DNA from: Eledone cirrhosa
Taxonomy: Eukaryota
Length of the DNA: 64,000 nt
Direction of reading: 5' to 3'
Assembly (NCBI GenBank): GCA_964016885.1
Contig: OZ024754.1
Coordinates: 21,390,001-21,454,000, forward strand
Shown here: piece after piece, positions 25,747-40,800 of the stretch
Position numbering within the stretch: the stretch's first letter is position 1
Layout of the letters: every line of letters starts with the position of its first letter
Made by a program: the position numbers and the translations under genes
Notes under the pieces: model-generated
Database searches by the model: none
Seen by the model: only the letters and a program-made list of their open reading frames with translations
What the model was told of the DNA's origin: nothing

Positions 25747-27728
25747 TATAGCGGAGATTACTGGTTATATGAATGTAACAAAACGAGACAATGTTTGTGT
25801 ATATAATATTTAATTAACGGTAGATAGAATACTTGACATGTCAAAGATAGATGTTAGAATGAAACAAAGTTAGTAGTTACCGTTTTGATTGCCAGGCAAA
25901 TGCGGCTGGCAGAGGGCGCCTGGCTAAGGCCAGGCGCCTGTTGGCCAAATTAATGGCAGAGCCAAATGAGAAGACTCTTGACCTGGTGCCGAAAAGGCAA
26001 AGAGAGAGAGGAAGCTTAAAGTTGTTAGTTTTATAGGGCTCTCACCGGAAGTTGCAGAAAGGGTTCCACTTCCCGTCTAGATCCCAATCAAAACAAGGGA
26101 GACAACCGCTACATAACCTCCCGCCAGAATTTTAGTGTATAAAAATCGAAATGAAAATATGTAGCAAGTTGGCGAGAATGTTGTAACAGGCATGAAAATT
26201 ACGACAAAAGAATGTTTGGAAAAATCAATGATAGATATCAAGGTAGCCAACCGCTCTTGGCCAGAGAACGACTGGACATCCATCTATCCATCACCCAAAG
26301 ATACAATGTAATAAAGTAAAAGTAATAAAAGAGCTCAAAGTTCAAAATATAGTTCACAGGTGTGCAATCACATGACAGCGGGAAAGAAAGTGTTCCAGAG
26401 AATGAATGCAGGTGGTTTCTGTTCTGTGGTATATCGTGAAATTTCCAACCTCCGAATGGATTTTCTCACAGGAAGAGTGCTGCAAAAATAAATTCTCTGG
26501 CTTTGGTGAAGCTGTGTTGATGTATTGCTGTTGCTGTTATATTGCTGTTGCTGCTGCTGTTGTCTCGCTGAGTGAGCGTATTCGGTGTTTAAATTCACAG
26601 TAAAAAAATTTTTTTTTAGAAAAAAATGAGTTGCGCAAAGTGCTAGAAATAGCAGCCGAAGTTGATGGTCGATGTTGAGAATGCGTTGACCTGGAAGGGT
26701 CAAGAGGCCAGCGACCAGAGAAATAAGCATTCTTAATAAATGCGCGGTTATCAACGGTAAATTTACATTGTAAATTTATAAACCGGCAAATAGAAGAATA
26801 TAGCTTAAGGCTGAAGAATCCCTGGTGATAAATGGCGTGCGGCTGTCTGTGAGAAGAGACATCTCAGTGAATCGAGAATTTATGCTGCCTACACGTGCCA
26901 ATACAAGGTTGAAAAAAAATATTTCTAACGCGCGAGAAAATGATAGTGCAATTTTGAAAGTGACAATGATGAAATGTTTTTTAAAGAATATCAAATTTTT
27001 TTTTTTTTTTTTTTTTTTGCGTTTTGAAAGAGTTCGTTGTAAGAAACGAGAAACATATATATATATCGTGAAATGTTTTTTTTTTGTTTTGAAAGTGTTC
27101 GTTGTAAGAAACGAGAAACATATATATATATATTGGTGAAATGCGACAGTTAATTGATGCGTGAGAGAAAAAGTATGTCTGTGCGAATTCCACATGTGCG
27201 TGTGTGCGTGTCCTTGAGTATTTTCATAGTTTGTCGCTAAATTTGCTGTGTATTCGTAATGTTACTCACAAAACCAGATGTGCTATTTTTTTCTTTTTTT
27301 GGGGGGGTGACCACTTATAGCGATGAACGGCTGCGTGTTCGTATCACGTCGGGGTCACCAATATAGCGGAGATTACTGGTTATATGAATGTAACAAAACG
27401 AGACAATGTTTGTGTATATAATATTTAATTAACGGTAGATAGAATACTTGACATGTCAAAGATAGATGTTAGAATGAAACAAAGTTAGTAGTTACCGTTT
27501 TGATTGCCAGGCAAATGCGGCTGGCAGAGGGCGCCTGGCTAAGGCCAGGCGCCTGTTGGCCAAATTAATGGCAGAGCCAAATGAGAAGACTCTTGACCTG
27601 GTGCCGAAAAGGCAAAGAGAGAGAGGAAGCTTAAAGTTGTTAGTTTTATAGGGCTCTCACCGGAAGTTGCAGAAAGGGTTCCACTTCCCGTCTAGATCCC
27701 AATCAAAACAAGGGAGACAACCGCTACA
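25747..27728 (-). mobile_element. Non-autonomous LTR element, copy 6
   Basis: Same structure. Poly-T is 12 nt shorter. Confidence 0.93.
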
Positions 27729-28397
27729 AGTATATACTATATTAACTACAGTTTTAATAAATTGTCTAGATGTTAAGTATATACTCTATTAACCACAGTT
27801 TTAATAAATTGTCTAGATGTTAAGTATATACTATATTAACTACAGTTTTAATAAATTGTCTAAATGTTAAGTATATACTATATTAACTACAGTTTAAATA
27901 AATTGTCTAGATGTTAAGTATATACTATATTAACTACAGTTTTAATAAATTGTCTAGATGTTAAGTATATACTATATTAACTACAGTTTTAATAAATTGT
28001 CTAGATGTTAAGTATATACTATATTAACTACAGTTTTAATAAATTGTTTAAATGTTAAGTATATACTATATTAACTACAGTTTAAATAAATTGTCTAGAT
28101 GTTAAGTATATACTATATTAACTACAGTTTTAATAAATTGTCTAGATGTTAAGTATATACTATATTAACTCCAGTTTTAATAAATTGTCTAGATGTTAAG
28201 TATATACTATATTAACTACAGTTTTAATAAATTGTCTAGATGTTAAGTATATACTATATTAACTACAGTTTTAATAAATTGTCTAGATGTTAAGTATATA
28301 CTATATTAACTACAGTTTTAATAAATTGTCTAGATGTTAAGTATATACTATATTAACTAGTTTTAATAAATTGTCTAGATGTTAAGTATATACTATA

Positions 28398-29258
28398 CTA
28401 GCAGTAAAGCCCGGCGTTGCTCAGGGTCGCTCAGTAGCTGTGTTAAAGTTACAATGTTAAGTTTCTTTCTTGGCTTAAAAACTATAGTGTCTACTGTGCA
28501 GACTTGCATGTGGTGTTTTTGATTAATATTCCCTCAACCAACAATATGCCTTATGAAGTTAAGAAAACATAACGATAACCCGAATGTTATAACAAAAGAG
28601 GATGCTGGGGATAGAAACTGCACTGGTTATTTATTAACAAAGATCGAAAATGTAAACACTGCAACGCAGAGAAAAACATTAACGTAACCAAATTATCAGT
28701 TATGTCTGTCTGCACGCCTATATCACCTCTCTGCACGACTGTCTGTCTGCACGCCTATATCACCTCTCTGCACGACTGTCTGTCTGCACGCGTATATCAC
28801 CTCTCTGCACGACTGTCTGTCTGCACGCCTAACGACGAAATATTTGCTTGTTTTACGTAGTCTTTAAATAGACTTGTTTTCAAGTAAAAATATTGTTTTA
28901 AGATGCTTTTAAATGGAAATGAAGCAAAACGGAAGCTTAGTGTTCGAACTGATGAATTTTGGAGGTCAATATTTTGCTGGCTCGACAACTGTTAAAGCCA
29001 GCGTAATTTTTCACGTAAGACGCTCAATGTAAACAAAACAAAGGGAAATAACTGATAACTTACGCTCAAAAATCGATACATTATATTCGATTTCGTCACA
29101 TAGGGTGGGTCAATTTGAAATTTTTTTTTTCCGATTTCTTCGCTAGGGCTCAATGTACAAGTATAGCAATTTCGGTGCAATTCCGTGAGAGATTCTAAGA
29201 GGAGATGTGTGCCAAAAATCGATAGACAGACAGACAACCACAGTTTTATATATATAGA
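28398..29258 (-). mobile_element. Helitron subtype A, copy 5
   Basis: Same termini and flanks. Confidence 0.9.
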
Positions 29259-32200
29259 TTAACTAGTTTTAATAAATTGTCTAGATGTTAAGTATATACT
29301 ATATTAACTACAGTTTTAATAAATTGTCTAGATGTTAAGTATATACTATATTAACTACAGTTTTAATAAATTATCTAGATGTTAAGTATATACTATATTA
29401 ACTACAGTTTTAATAAATTGTCTAGATGTTAAGTATATCCTATATTAACTAGTTTTAATAAATTGTCTAGATGTTAAGTATATACTCTATTAACCACAGT
29501 TTTAATAAATTGTCTAGATATTAAGTATATACTATATTAACTACAGTTTTAACAAATTATCTAGATGTTAAGTATATACTATATTAACTAGGTTTAATAA
29601 ATTGTCTAGATGTTAAGTATATACTATATTAACTAGTTTTAATAAATTGTCTAGATATTAAGTATATACTATATTAACTACAGTTTTAATAAATTGTCTA
29701 GATGTTAAGTATATACTATATTAACTACAGTTTTAATAAATTGTCTAGATGTTAAGTATATACTATATTAACTACAGTTTTAATAAATTGTCTAGATGTT
29801 AAGTATATACAATATTAACTACAGTTTTAATAAATTGTCTAGATGTTAAGTATATACTATATTAACTAGTTTTAATAAATTGTCTAGATGTTGAGTATAT
29901 ACTCTATTAACCACAGTTTTAATAAATTGTCTAGATGTTAAGTATATACTATATTAACTAGTTTTAATAAATTGTCTAGATGTTAAGTATATACTATATT
30001 AACTAGTTTTAATAAATTGTCTAGATGTTAAGTATATACTATATTAACTAGTTTTAATAAATTGTCTAGATGTTAAGTAAATACTATATTAACTACAGTT
30101 TTAATAAATTGTCTAAATGTTAAGTATATACTATATTAACTACAGTTTAAATAAATTGTCTAGATGTTAAGTATATACTATATTAACTACAGTTTTAATA
30201 AATTGTCTAGATGTTAAGTATATACTCTATTAACCACAGTTTTAATAAATTGTCTAGATGTTAAGTATATACTCTATTAACCACAGTTTTAATAAATTGT
30301 CTAGATGTTAAGTATATACTATATTAACTACAGTTTTAATAAATTGTCTAAATGTTAAGTATATACTATATTAACTACAGTTTAAATAAATTGTCTAGAT
30401 GTTAAGTATATACTATATTAACTACAGTTTTAATAAATTGTCTAGATGTTAAGTATATACTATATTAACTACAGTTTTAATAAATTGTCTAGATGTTAAG
30501 TATATACTATATTAACTACAGTTTTAATAAATTGTTTAAATGTTAAGTATATACTATATTAACTACAGTTTAAATAAATTGTCTAGATGTTAAGTATATA
30601 CTATATTAACTACAGTTTTAATAAATTGTCTAGATGTTAAGTATATACTATATTAACTCCAGTTTTAATAAATTGTCTAGATGTTAAGTATATACTATAT
30701 TAACTACAGTTTTAATAAATTGTCTAGATGTTAAGTATATACTATATTAACTACAGTTTTAATAAATTGTCTCGATGTTAAGTATATACTATATTAACTA
30801 GTTTTAATAAATTGTCTAGATGTTAAGTATATACTATATTAACTGCAGTTTTAATAAATTGTCTAGATGTTAAGTATATACTATATTAACTAGTTTTAAT
30901 AAATCGTCTAGATATTAAGTATATACTATATTAACTACAGTTTTAATAAATTATCTAGATGTTAAGTATATACTATATTAACTACAGTTTTAATAAATTG
31001 TCTAGATGTTAAGTATATACTATATTAACTACAGTTTTAATAAATTATCTAGATGTTAAGTATATACTATATTAACTAGTTTTAATAAATTGTCTAGATG
31101 TTAAGTATATACTATATTAACTAGTTTTAATAAATTGTCTAGATATTAAGTATATACTATATTAACTACAGTTTTAATAAATTGTCTAGATGTTAAGTAT
31201 ATACTATATTAACTACAGTTTTAATAAATTGTCTAGATGTTAAGTATATACTATATTAACTAGTTTTAATAAATTGTCTAGATGTTAAGTATATACTCTA
31301 TTAACCACAGTTTTAATAAATTGTCTAGATGTTAAGTATATACTATATTAACTACAGTTTTAATAAATTGTCTAAATGTTAAGTATATACTATATTAACT
31401 ACAGTTTAAATAAATTGTCTAGATGTTAAGTATATACTATATTAACTACAGTTTTAATAAATTGTCTAGATGTTAAGTATATACTATATTAACTACAGTT
31501 TTAATAAATTGTCTAGATGTTAAGTATATACTATATTAACTACAGTTTTAATAAATTGTCTAAATGTTAAGTATATACTATATTAACTACAGTTTAAATA
31601 AATTGTCTAGATGTTAAGTATATACTATATTAACTACAGTTTTAATAAATTGTCTAGATGTTAAGTATATACTATATTAACTCCAGTTTTAATAAATTGT
31701 CTAGATGTTAAGTATATACTATATTAACTACAGTTTTAATAAATTGTCTAGATGTTAAGTATATACTATATTAACTTCAGTTTTAATAAATTGTCTAGAT
31801 GTTAAGTATATACTATATTAACTAGTTTTAATAAATTGTCTAGATGTTAAGTATATACTATATTAACTACGGTTTTAATAGATTGTCTAGATGTTAAATA
31901 TATACTATATTAACTACAGTTTTAATAAATTGCCTAAATGTTAGGTATATACTATATTAACTACAGTTTAAATAAATTGTCTAGATGTTAAGTATATACT
32001 ATATTAACTACAGTTTTAATAAATTGTCTAGATGTTAAGTATATACTATATTAACTACAGTTTTAATAAATTGTCTAGATGTTAAGTATATACTATATTA
32101 ACTACAGTTTTAATAAATTGTCTAGATGTTCAGTATATACTATATTAACTACAGTTTTAATAAATTGTCTAGATGTTAAGTATATACTATATTAACTACA

Positions 32201-33076
32201 GTTTTAATAAATTGTCTAGATGTTAAGTATATACTATATTAACTACAGTTTTAATAAATTGTCTAGATGTTAAGTATATACTATATTAACTACAGTTTTA
32301 ATAAATTGTCTAGATGTTAAGTATATACTATATTAACTACAGTTTTAATAAATTGTCTAGATGTTAAGTATATACTATATTAACTAGTTTTAATAAATTG
32401 TCTAGATGTTAAGTATATACTATATTAACTACAGTTTTAATAAATTGTCTAGATGTTAAGTATATACTATATTAACTACAGTTTTAATAAATTGTCTAAA
32501 TGTTAAGTATATACTATATTAACTACAGTTTAAATAAATTGTCTAGATGTTAAGTATATACTATATTAACTACATTTTTAATAAATTGTCTAGATGTTAA
32601 GTATATACTATATTAACTACAGTTTTAATAAATTGTCTAGATGTTAAGTATATACTATATTAACTACAGTTTTAATAAATTGTCTAGATGTTAAGTATAT
32701 ACTATATTAACTACAGTTTTAATAAATTGTCTAGATGTTAAGTATATACTATATTAACTACAGTTTTAATAAATTGTCTAGATGTTAAGTATATACTATA
32801 TTAACTAGTTTTAATAAATTGTCTAGATGTTAAGTATATACTCTATTAACCACAGTTTTAATAAATTGTCTAGATGTTAAGTATATACTATATTAACTAG
32901 TTTTAATAAATTGTCTAGATGTTAAGTATATACTATATTAACTACAGTTTTAATAAATTGTCTAGATGTTAAGTATATACTATATTAACTACAGTTTTAA
33001 TATATTGTCTAGATGTTAAGTATATACTATATTAACTAGTTTTAATAAATTGTCTAGATGTTAAGTATATACTATA

Positions 33077-33953
33077 CTAGCAGTAAAGCCCGGCGTTGCT
33101 CGGGGTCGCTCAGTAGCTGTGTTAAAGTTACAATGTTAAGTTTCTTTCTTGGCTTAAAAACTGTAGTGTCTACTGTGCCGACTTGCATGTGGTGTTTTTG
33201 ATTAATATTCCCTCAACCAACAATATGCCTTATGAAGTTAAGAAAACATAACGATAACCCGAATGTTATAACAAAAGAGGATGCTGGGGATAGAAACTGC
33301 ACTGGTTATTTATTAACAAAGATCGAAAATGTAAACACTGCAACGCAGAGAAAAACATTAACGTAACCAAATTATCAGTTATGTCTGTCTGCACGCCTAT
33401 ATCACCTCTCTGCACGACTGTCTGTCTGCACGCCTATATCACCTCTCTGCACGACTGTCTGTCTGCACGCGTATATCACCTCTCTGCACGACTGTCTGTC
33501 TGCACGACTGTCTGTCTGCACGCCTAACGACGAAATATTTGCTTGTTTTACGTAGTCTTTAAATAGACTTGTTTTCAAGTAAAAATATTGTTTTAAGATG
33601 CTTTTAAATGGAAATGAAGCAAAACGGAAGCTTAGTGGTCGAACTGATGAATTTTGGAGGTCAATATTTTGCTGGCTCGACAACTGTTAAAGCCAGCGTA
33701 ATTTTTTACGTAAGACGCTCAATGTAAACAGAACAAAGGGAAATAACTGATAACTTACGCTCAAAAATCGATACATTATATTCGATTTCGTCACATAGGG
33801 TGGGTCAATTTGAAATTTTTTTTTTCCGATTTCTTCGCTAGGGCTCAATGTACAAGTATAGCAATTTCGGTGCAATTCCGTGAGAGATTCTAAGAGGAGA
33901 TGTGTGCCAAAAATCGATAGACAGACAGACAACCACAGTTTTATATATATAGA
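33077..33953 (-). mobile_element. Helitron subtype B (877 bp), copy 6
   Basis: GCTCGGGG hairpin allele, AACTGTAG, AACAGAAC and +16 bp in the minisatellite. Private SNPs GTGCCGAC and TAGTGGTC. Confidence 0.9.
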
Positions 33954-36943
33954 TTAACTAGTTTTAATAAATTGTCTAGATGTTAAGTATATACTATATT
34001 AACTACAGTTTTAATAAATTGTCTAGATGTTAAGTATATACTATATTAACTACAGTTTTAATAAATTATCTAGATGTTAAGTATATACTATATTAACTAC
34101 AGTTTTAATAAATTGTCTAGATGTTAAGTATATCCTATATTAACTAGTTTTAATAAATTGTCTAGATGTTAAGTATATACTCTATTAACCACAGTTTTAA
34201 TAAATTGTCTAGATATTAAGTATATACTATATTAACTACAGTTTTAATAAATTGTCTAAATGTTAAGTATATACTATATTAACTACAGTTTTAATAAATT
34301 GTCTAGATGTTAAGTATATACTATATTAACTACAGTTTTAATAAATTATCTAGATGTTAAGTATATACTATATTAACTACAGTTTTAATAAATTGTCTAG
34401 ATGTTAAGTATATCCTATATTAACTAGTTTTAATAAATTGTCTAGATGTTAAGTATATACTCTATTAACCACAGTTTTAATAAATTGTCTAGATATTAAG
34501 TATATACTATATTAACTACAGTTTTAATAAATTGTCTAAATGTTAAGTATATACTATATTAACTACAGTTTTAATAAATTGTCTAGATGTTAAGTATATA
34601 CTATATTAACTACAGTTTTAATAAATTGTCTAGATGTTAAGTATATACTCTATTAACCACAGTTTTAATAAATTGTCTAGATGTTAAGTATATACTATAT
34701 TAACTACAGTTTTAATAAATTGTCTAGATGTTAAGTATATACTATATTAACTACAGTTTTAATAAATTGTCTAGATGTTAAGTATATACTATATTAACTA
34801 GTTTTAATAAATTGTCTAGATGTTAAGTATATACTCTATTAACCACAGTTTTAATAAATTGTCTAGATGTTAAGTATATACTATATTAACTACAGTTTTA
34901 ATAAATTGTCTAAATGTTAAGTATATACTATATTAACTACAGTTTAAATAAATTGTCTAGATGTTAAGTATATACTATATTAACTACAGTTTTAATAAAT
35001 TGTCTAGATGTTAAGTATATACTATATTAACTACAGTTTTAATAAATTGTCTAGATGTTAAGTATATACTATATTAACTACAGTTTTAATAAATTGTCTA
35101 AATGTTAAGTATATACTATATTAACTACAGTTTAAATAAATTGTCTAGATGTTAAGTATATACTATATTAACTACAGTTTTAATAAATTGTCTAGATGTT
35201 AAGTATATACTATATTAACTACAGTTTTAATAAATTGTCTAGATGTTAAGTATATACTATATTAACTAGTTTTAATAAATTGTCTAGATGTTAAGTATAT
35301 ACTCTATTAACCACAGTTTTAATAAATTGTCTAGATGTTAAGTATATACTATATTAACTACAGTTTTAATAAATTGTCTAAATGTTAAGTATATACTATA
35401 TTAACTACAGTTTAAATAAATTGTCTAGATGTTAAGTATATACTATATTAACTACAGTTTTAATAAATTGTCTAGATGTTAAGTATATACTATATTAACT
35501 ACAGTTTTAATAAATTGTCTAGATGTTAAGTATATACTATATTAACTACAGTTTTAATAAATTGTCTAAATGTTAAGTATATACTATATTAACTACAGTT
35601 TAAATAAATTGTCTAGATGTTAAGTATATACTATATTAACTACAGTTTTAATAAATTGTCTAGATGTTAAGTATATACTATATTAACTCCAGTTTTAATA
35701 AATTGTCTAGATGTTAAGTATATACTATATTAACTACAGTTTTAATAAATTGTCTAGATGTTAAGTATATACTATATTAACTTCAGTTTTAATAAATTGT
35801 CTAGATGTTAAGTATATACTATATTAACTAGTTTTAATAAATTGTCTAGATGTTAAGTATATACTATATTAACTACGGTTTTAATAGATTGTCTAGATGT
35901 TAAATATATACTATATTAACTACAGTTTTAATAAATTGCCTAAATGTTAGGTATATACTATATTAACTACAGTTTAAATAAATTGTCTAGATGTTAAGTA
36001 TATACTATATTAACTACAGTTTTAATAAATTGTCTAGATGTTAAGTATATACTATATTAACTACAGTTTTAATAAATTGTCTAGATGTTAAGTATATACT
36101 ATATTAACTACAGTTTTAATAAATTGTCTAGATGTTCAGTATATACTATATTAACTACAGTTTTAATAAATTGTCTAGATGTTAAGTATATACTATATTA
36201 ACTACAGTTTTAATAAATTGTCTAGATGTTAAGTATATACTATATTAACTACAGTTTTAATAAATTGTCTAGATGTTAAGTATATACTATATTAACTACA
36301 GTTTTAATAAATTGTCTAGATGTTAAGTATATACTATATTAACTACAGTTTTAATAAATTGTCTAGATGTTAAGTATATACTATATTAACTAGTTTTAAT
36401 AAATTGTCTAGATGTTAAGTATATACTATATTAACTACAGTTTTAATAAATTGTCTAGATGTTAAGTATATACTATATTAACTACAGTTTTAATAAATTG
36501 TCTAAATGTTAAGTATATACTATATTAACTACAGTTTAAATAAATTGTCTAGATGTTAAGTATATACTATATTAACTACATTTTTAATAAATTGTCTAGA
36601 TGTTAAGTATATACTATATTAACTACAGTTTTAATAAATTGTCTAGATGTTAAGTATATACTATATTAACTACAGTTTTAATAAATTGTCTAGATGTTAA
36701 GTATATACTATATTAACTACAGTTTTAATAAATTGTCTAGATGTTAAGTATATACTATATTAACTAGTTTTAATAAATTGTCTAGATGTTAAGTATATAC
36801 TCTATTAACCACAGTTTTAATAAATTGTCTAGATGTTAAGTATATACTATATTAACTAGTTTTAATAAATTGTCTAGATGTTAAGTATATACTATATTAA
36901 CTACAGTTTTAATAAATTGTCTAGATGTTAAGTATATACTATA

Positions 36944-37820
36944 CTAGCAGTAAAGCCCGGCGTTGCTCGGGGTCGCTCAGTAGCTGTGTTAAAGTTACAA
37001 TGTTAAGTTTCTTTCTTGGCTTAAAAACTGTAGTGTCTACTGTGCAGACTTGCATGTGGTGTTTTTGATTAATATTCCCTCAACCAACAATATGCCTTAT
37101 GAAGTTAAGAAAACATAACGATAACCCGAATGTTATAACAAAAGAGGATGCTGGGGATAGAAACTGCACTGGTTATTTATTAACAAAGATCGAAAATGTA
37201 AACACTGCAACGCAGAGAAAAACATTAACGTAACCAAATTATCAGTTATGTCTGTCTGCACGCCTATATCACCTCTCTGCACGACTGTCTGTCTGCACGC
37301 CTATATCACCTCTCTGCACGACTGTCTGTCTGCACGCGTATATCACCTCTCTGCACGACTGTCTGTCTGCACGACTGTCTGTCTGCACACCTAACGACGA
37401 AATATTTGCTTGTTTTACGTAGTCTTTAAATAGACTTGTTTTCAAGTAAAAATATTGTTTTAAGATGCTTTTAAATGGAAATGAAGCAAAACGGAAGCTT
37501 AGTGTTCGAACTGATGAATTTTGGAGGTCAATATTTTGCTGGCTCGACAACTGTTAAAGCCAGCGTAATTTTTTACGTAAGACGCTCAATGTAAACAGAA
37601 CAAAGGGAAATAACTGATAACTTACGCTCAAAAATCGATACATTATATTCGATTTCGTCACATAGGGTGGGTCAATTTGAAATTTTTTTTTTCCGATTTC
37701 TTCGCTAGGGCTCAATGTACAAGTATAGCAATTTCGGTGCAATTCCGTGAGAGATTCTAAGAGGAGATGTGTGCCAAAAATCGATAGACAGACAGACAAC
37801 CACAGTTTTATATATATAGA
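36944..37820 (-). mobile_element. Helitron subtype B, copy 7
   Basis: Subtype B alleles, plus private GCACACCTAAC. Confidence 0.9.
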
Positions 37821-40800
37821 TTAACTAGTTTTAATAAATTGTCTAGATGTTAAGTATATACTATATTAACTACAGTTTTAATAAATTGTCTAGATGTTAA
37901 GTATATACTATATTAACTACAGTTTTAATAAATTATCTAGATGTTAAGTATATACTATATTAACTACAGTTTTAATAAATTGTCTAGATGTTAAGTATAT
38001 CCTATATTAACTAGTTTTAATAAATTGTCTAGATGTTAAGTATATACTCTATTAACCACAGTTTTAATAAATTGTCTAGATATTAAGTATATACTATATT
38101 AACTACAGTTTTAATAAATTGTCTAAATGTTAAGTATATACTATATTAACTACAGTTTTAATAAATTGTCTAGATGTTAAGTATATACTATATTAACTAC
38201 AGTTTTAATAAATTGTCTAGATGTTAAGTATATACTATATTAACTACAGTTTTAATAAATTGTCTAGATGTTAAGTATATACTATATTAACTACAGTTTT
38301 AATAAATTGTCTAGATGTTAAGTATATACTATATTAACTAGTTTTAATAAATTGTCTAGATGTTAAGTATATACTCTATTAACCACAGTTTTAATAAATT
38401 GTCTAGATGTTAAGTATATACTATATTAACTACAGTTTTAATAAATTGTCTAAATGTTAAGTATATACTATATTAACTACAGTTTAAATAAATTGTCTAG
38501 ATGTTAAGTATATACTATATTAACTACAGTTTTAATAAATTGTCTAGATGTTAAGTATATACTATATTAACTACAGTTTTAATAAATTGTCTAGATGTTA
38601 AGTATATACTATATTAACTACAGTTTTAATAAATTGTCTAAATGTTAAGTATATACTATATTAACTACAGTTTAAATAAATTGTCTAGATGTTAAGTATA
38701 TACTATATTAACTACAGTTTTAATAAATTGTCTAGATGTTAAGTATATACTATATTAACTCCAGTTTTAATAAATTGTCTAGATGTTAAGTATATACTAT
38801 ATTAACTACAGTTTTAATAAATTGTCTAGATGTTAAGTATATACTATATTAACTTCAGTTTTAATAAATTGTCTAGATGTTAAGTATATACTATATTAAC
38901 TAGTTTTAATAAATTGTCTAGATGTTAAGTATATACTATATTAACTACGGTTTTAATAGATTGTCTAGATGTTAAATATATACTATATTAACTACAGTTT
39001 TAATAAATTGCCTAAATGTTAGGTATATACTATATTAACTACAGTTTAAATAAATTGTCTAGATGTTAAGTATATACTATATTAACTACAGTTTTAATAA
39101 ATTGTCTAGATGTTAAGTATATACTATATTAACTACAGTTTTAATAAATTGTCTAGATGTTAAGTATATACTATATTAACTACAGTTTTAATAAATTGTC
39201 TAGATGTTCAGTATATACTATATTAACTACAGTTTTAATAAATTGTCTAGATGTTAAGTATATACTATATTAACTACAGTTTTAATAAATTGTCTAGATG
39301 TTAAGTATATACTATATTAACTACAGTTTTAATAAATTGTCTAGATGTTAAGTATATACTATATTAACTACAGTTTTAATAAATTGTCTAGATGTTAAGT
39401 ATATACTATATTAACTAGTTTTAATAAATTGTCTAGATGTTGAGTATATACTCTATTAACCACAGTTTTAATAAATTGTCTAGATGTTAAGTATATACTA
39501 TATTAACTAGTTTTAATAAATTGTCTAGATGTTAAGTATATACTATATTAACTAGTTTTAATAAATTGTCTAGATGTTAAGTATATACTATATTAACTAG
39601 TTTTAATAAATTGTCTAGATGTTAAGTAAATACTATATTAACTACAGTTTTAATAAATTGTCTAAATGTTAAGTATATACTATATTAACTACAGTTTAAA
39701 TAAATTGTCTAGATGTTAAGTATATACTATATTAACTACAGTTTTAATAAATTGTCTAGATGTTAAGTATATACTCTATTAACCACAGTTTTAATAAATT
39801 GTCTAGATGTTAAGTATATACTATATTAACTACAGTTTTAATAAATTGTCTAAATGTTAAGTATATACTATATTAACTACAGTTTAAATAAATTGTCTAG
39901 ATGTTAAGTATATACTATATTAACTACAGTTTTAATAAATTGTCTAGATGTTAAGTATATACTATATTAACTACAGTTTTAATAAATTGTCTAGATGTTA
40001 AGTATATACTATATTAACTACAGTTTTAATAAATTGTTTAAATGTTAAGTATATACTATATTAACTACAGTTTAAATAAATTGTCTAGATGTTAAGTATA
40101 TACTATATTAACTACAGTTTTAATAAATTGTCTAGATGTTAAGTATATACTATATTAACTCCAGTTTTAATAAATTGTCTAGATGTTAAGTATATACTAT
40201 ATTAACTACAGTTTTAATAAATTGTCTAGATGTTAAGTATATACTATATTAACTAGTTTTAATAAATTGTCTAGATGTTAAGTATATACTATATTAACTG
40301 CAGTTTTAATAAATTGTCTAGATGTTAAGTATATACTATATTAACTAGTTTTAATAAATCGTCTAGATATTAAGTATATACTATATTAACTACAGTTTTA
40401 ATAAATTGTCTAGATGTTAAGTATATACTATATTAACTACAGTTTTAATAAATTGTCTAGATGTTAAGTATATACTATATTAACTACAGTTTTAATAAAT
40501 TATCTAGATGTTAAGTATATACTATATTAACTAGTTTTAATAAATTGTCTAGATGTTAAGTATATACTATATTAACTAGTTTTAATAAATTGTCTAGATA
40601 TTAAGTATATACTATATTAACTACAGTTTTAATAAATTGTCTAGATGTTAAGTATATACTATATTAACTACAGTTTTAATAAATTGTCTAGATGTTAAGT
40701 ATATACTATATTAACTAGTTTTAATAAATTGTCTAGATGTTAAGTATATACTATATTAACTACGGTTTTAATAGATTGTCTAGATGTTAAATATATACTA

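Larger units (their letters stand above)
612..31400. repeat. Composite higher-order repeat, basic unit 5698 bp (LTR element + 669 bp satellite + Helitron + 2174 bp satellite), about 6 units, two with deletions; right boundary approximate
   Basis: LTR element starts at 612, 6310, 12008, 15688, 20044 and 25747, giving periods of 5698, 5698, 3680, 4356 and 5703. ORF-track offsets agree, and the order of satellite variants is conserved between units. Confidence 0.93.
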
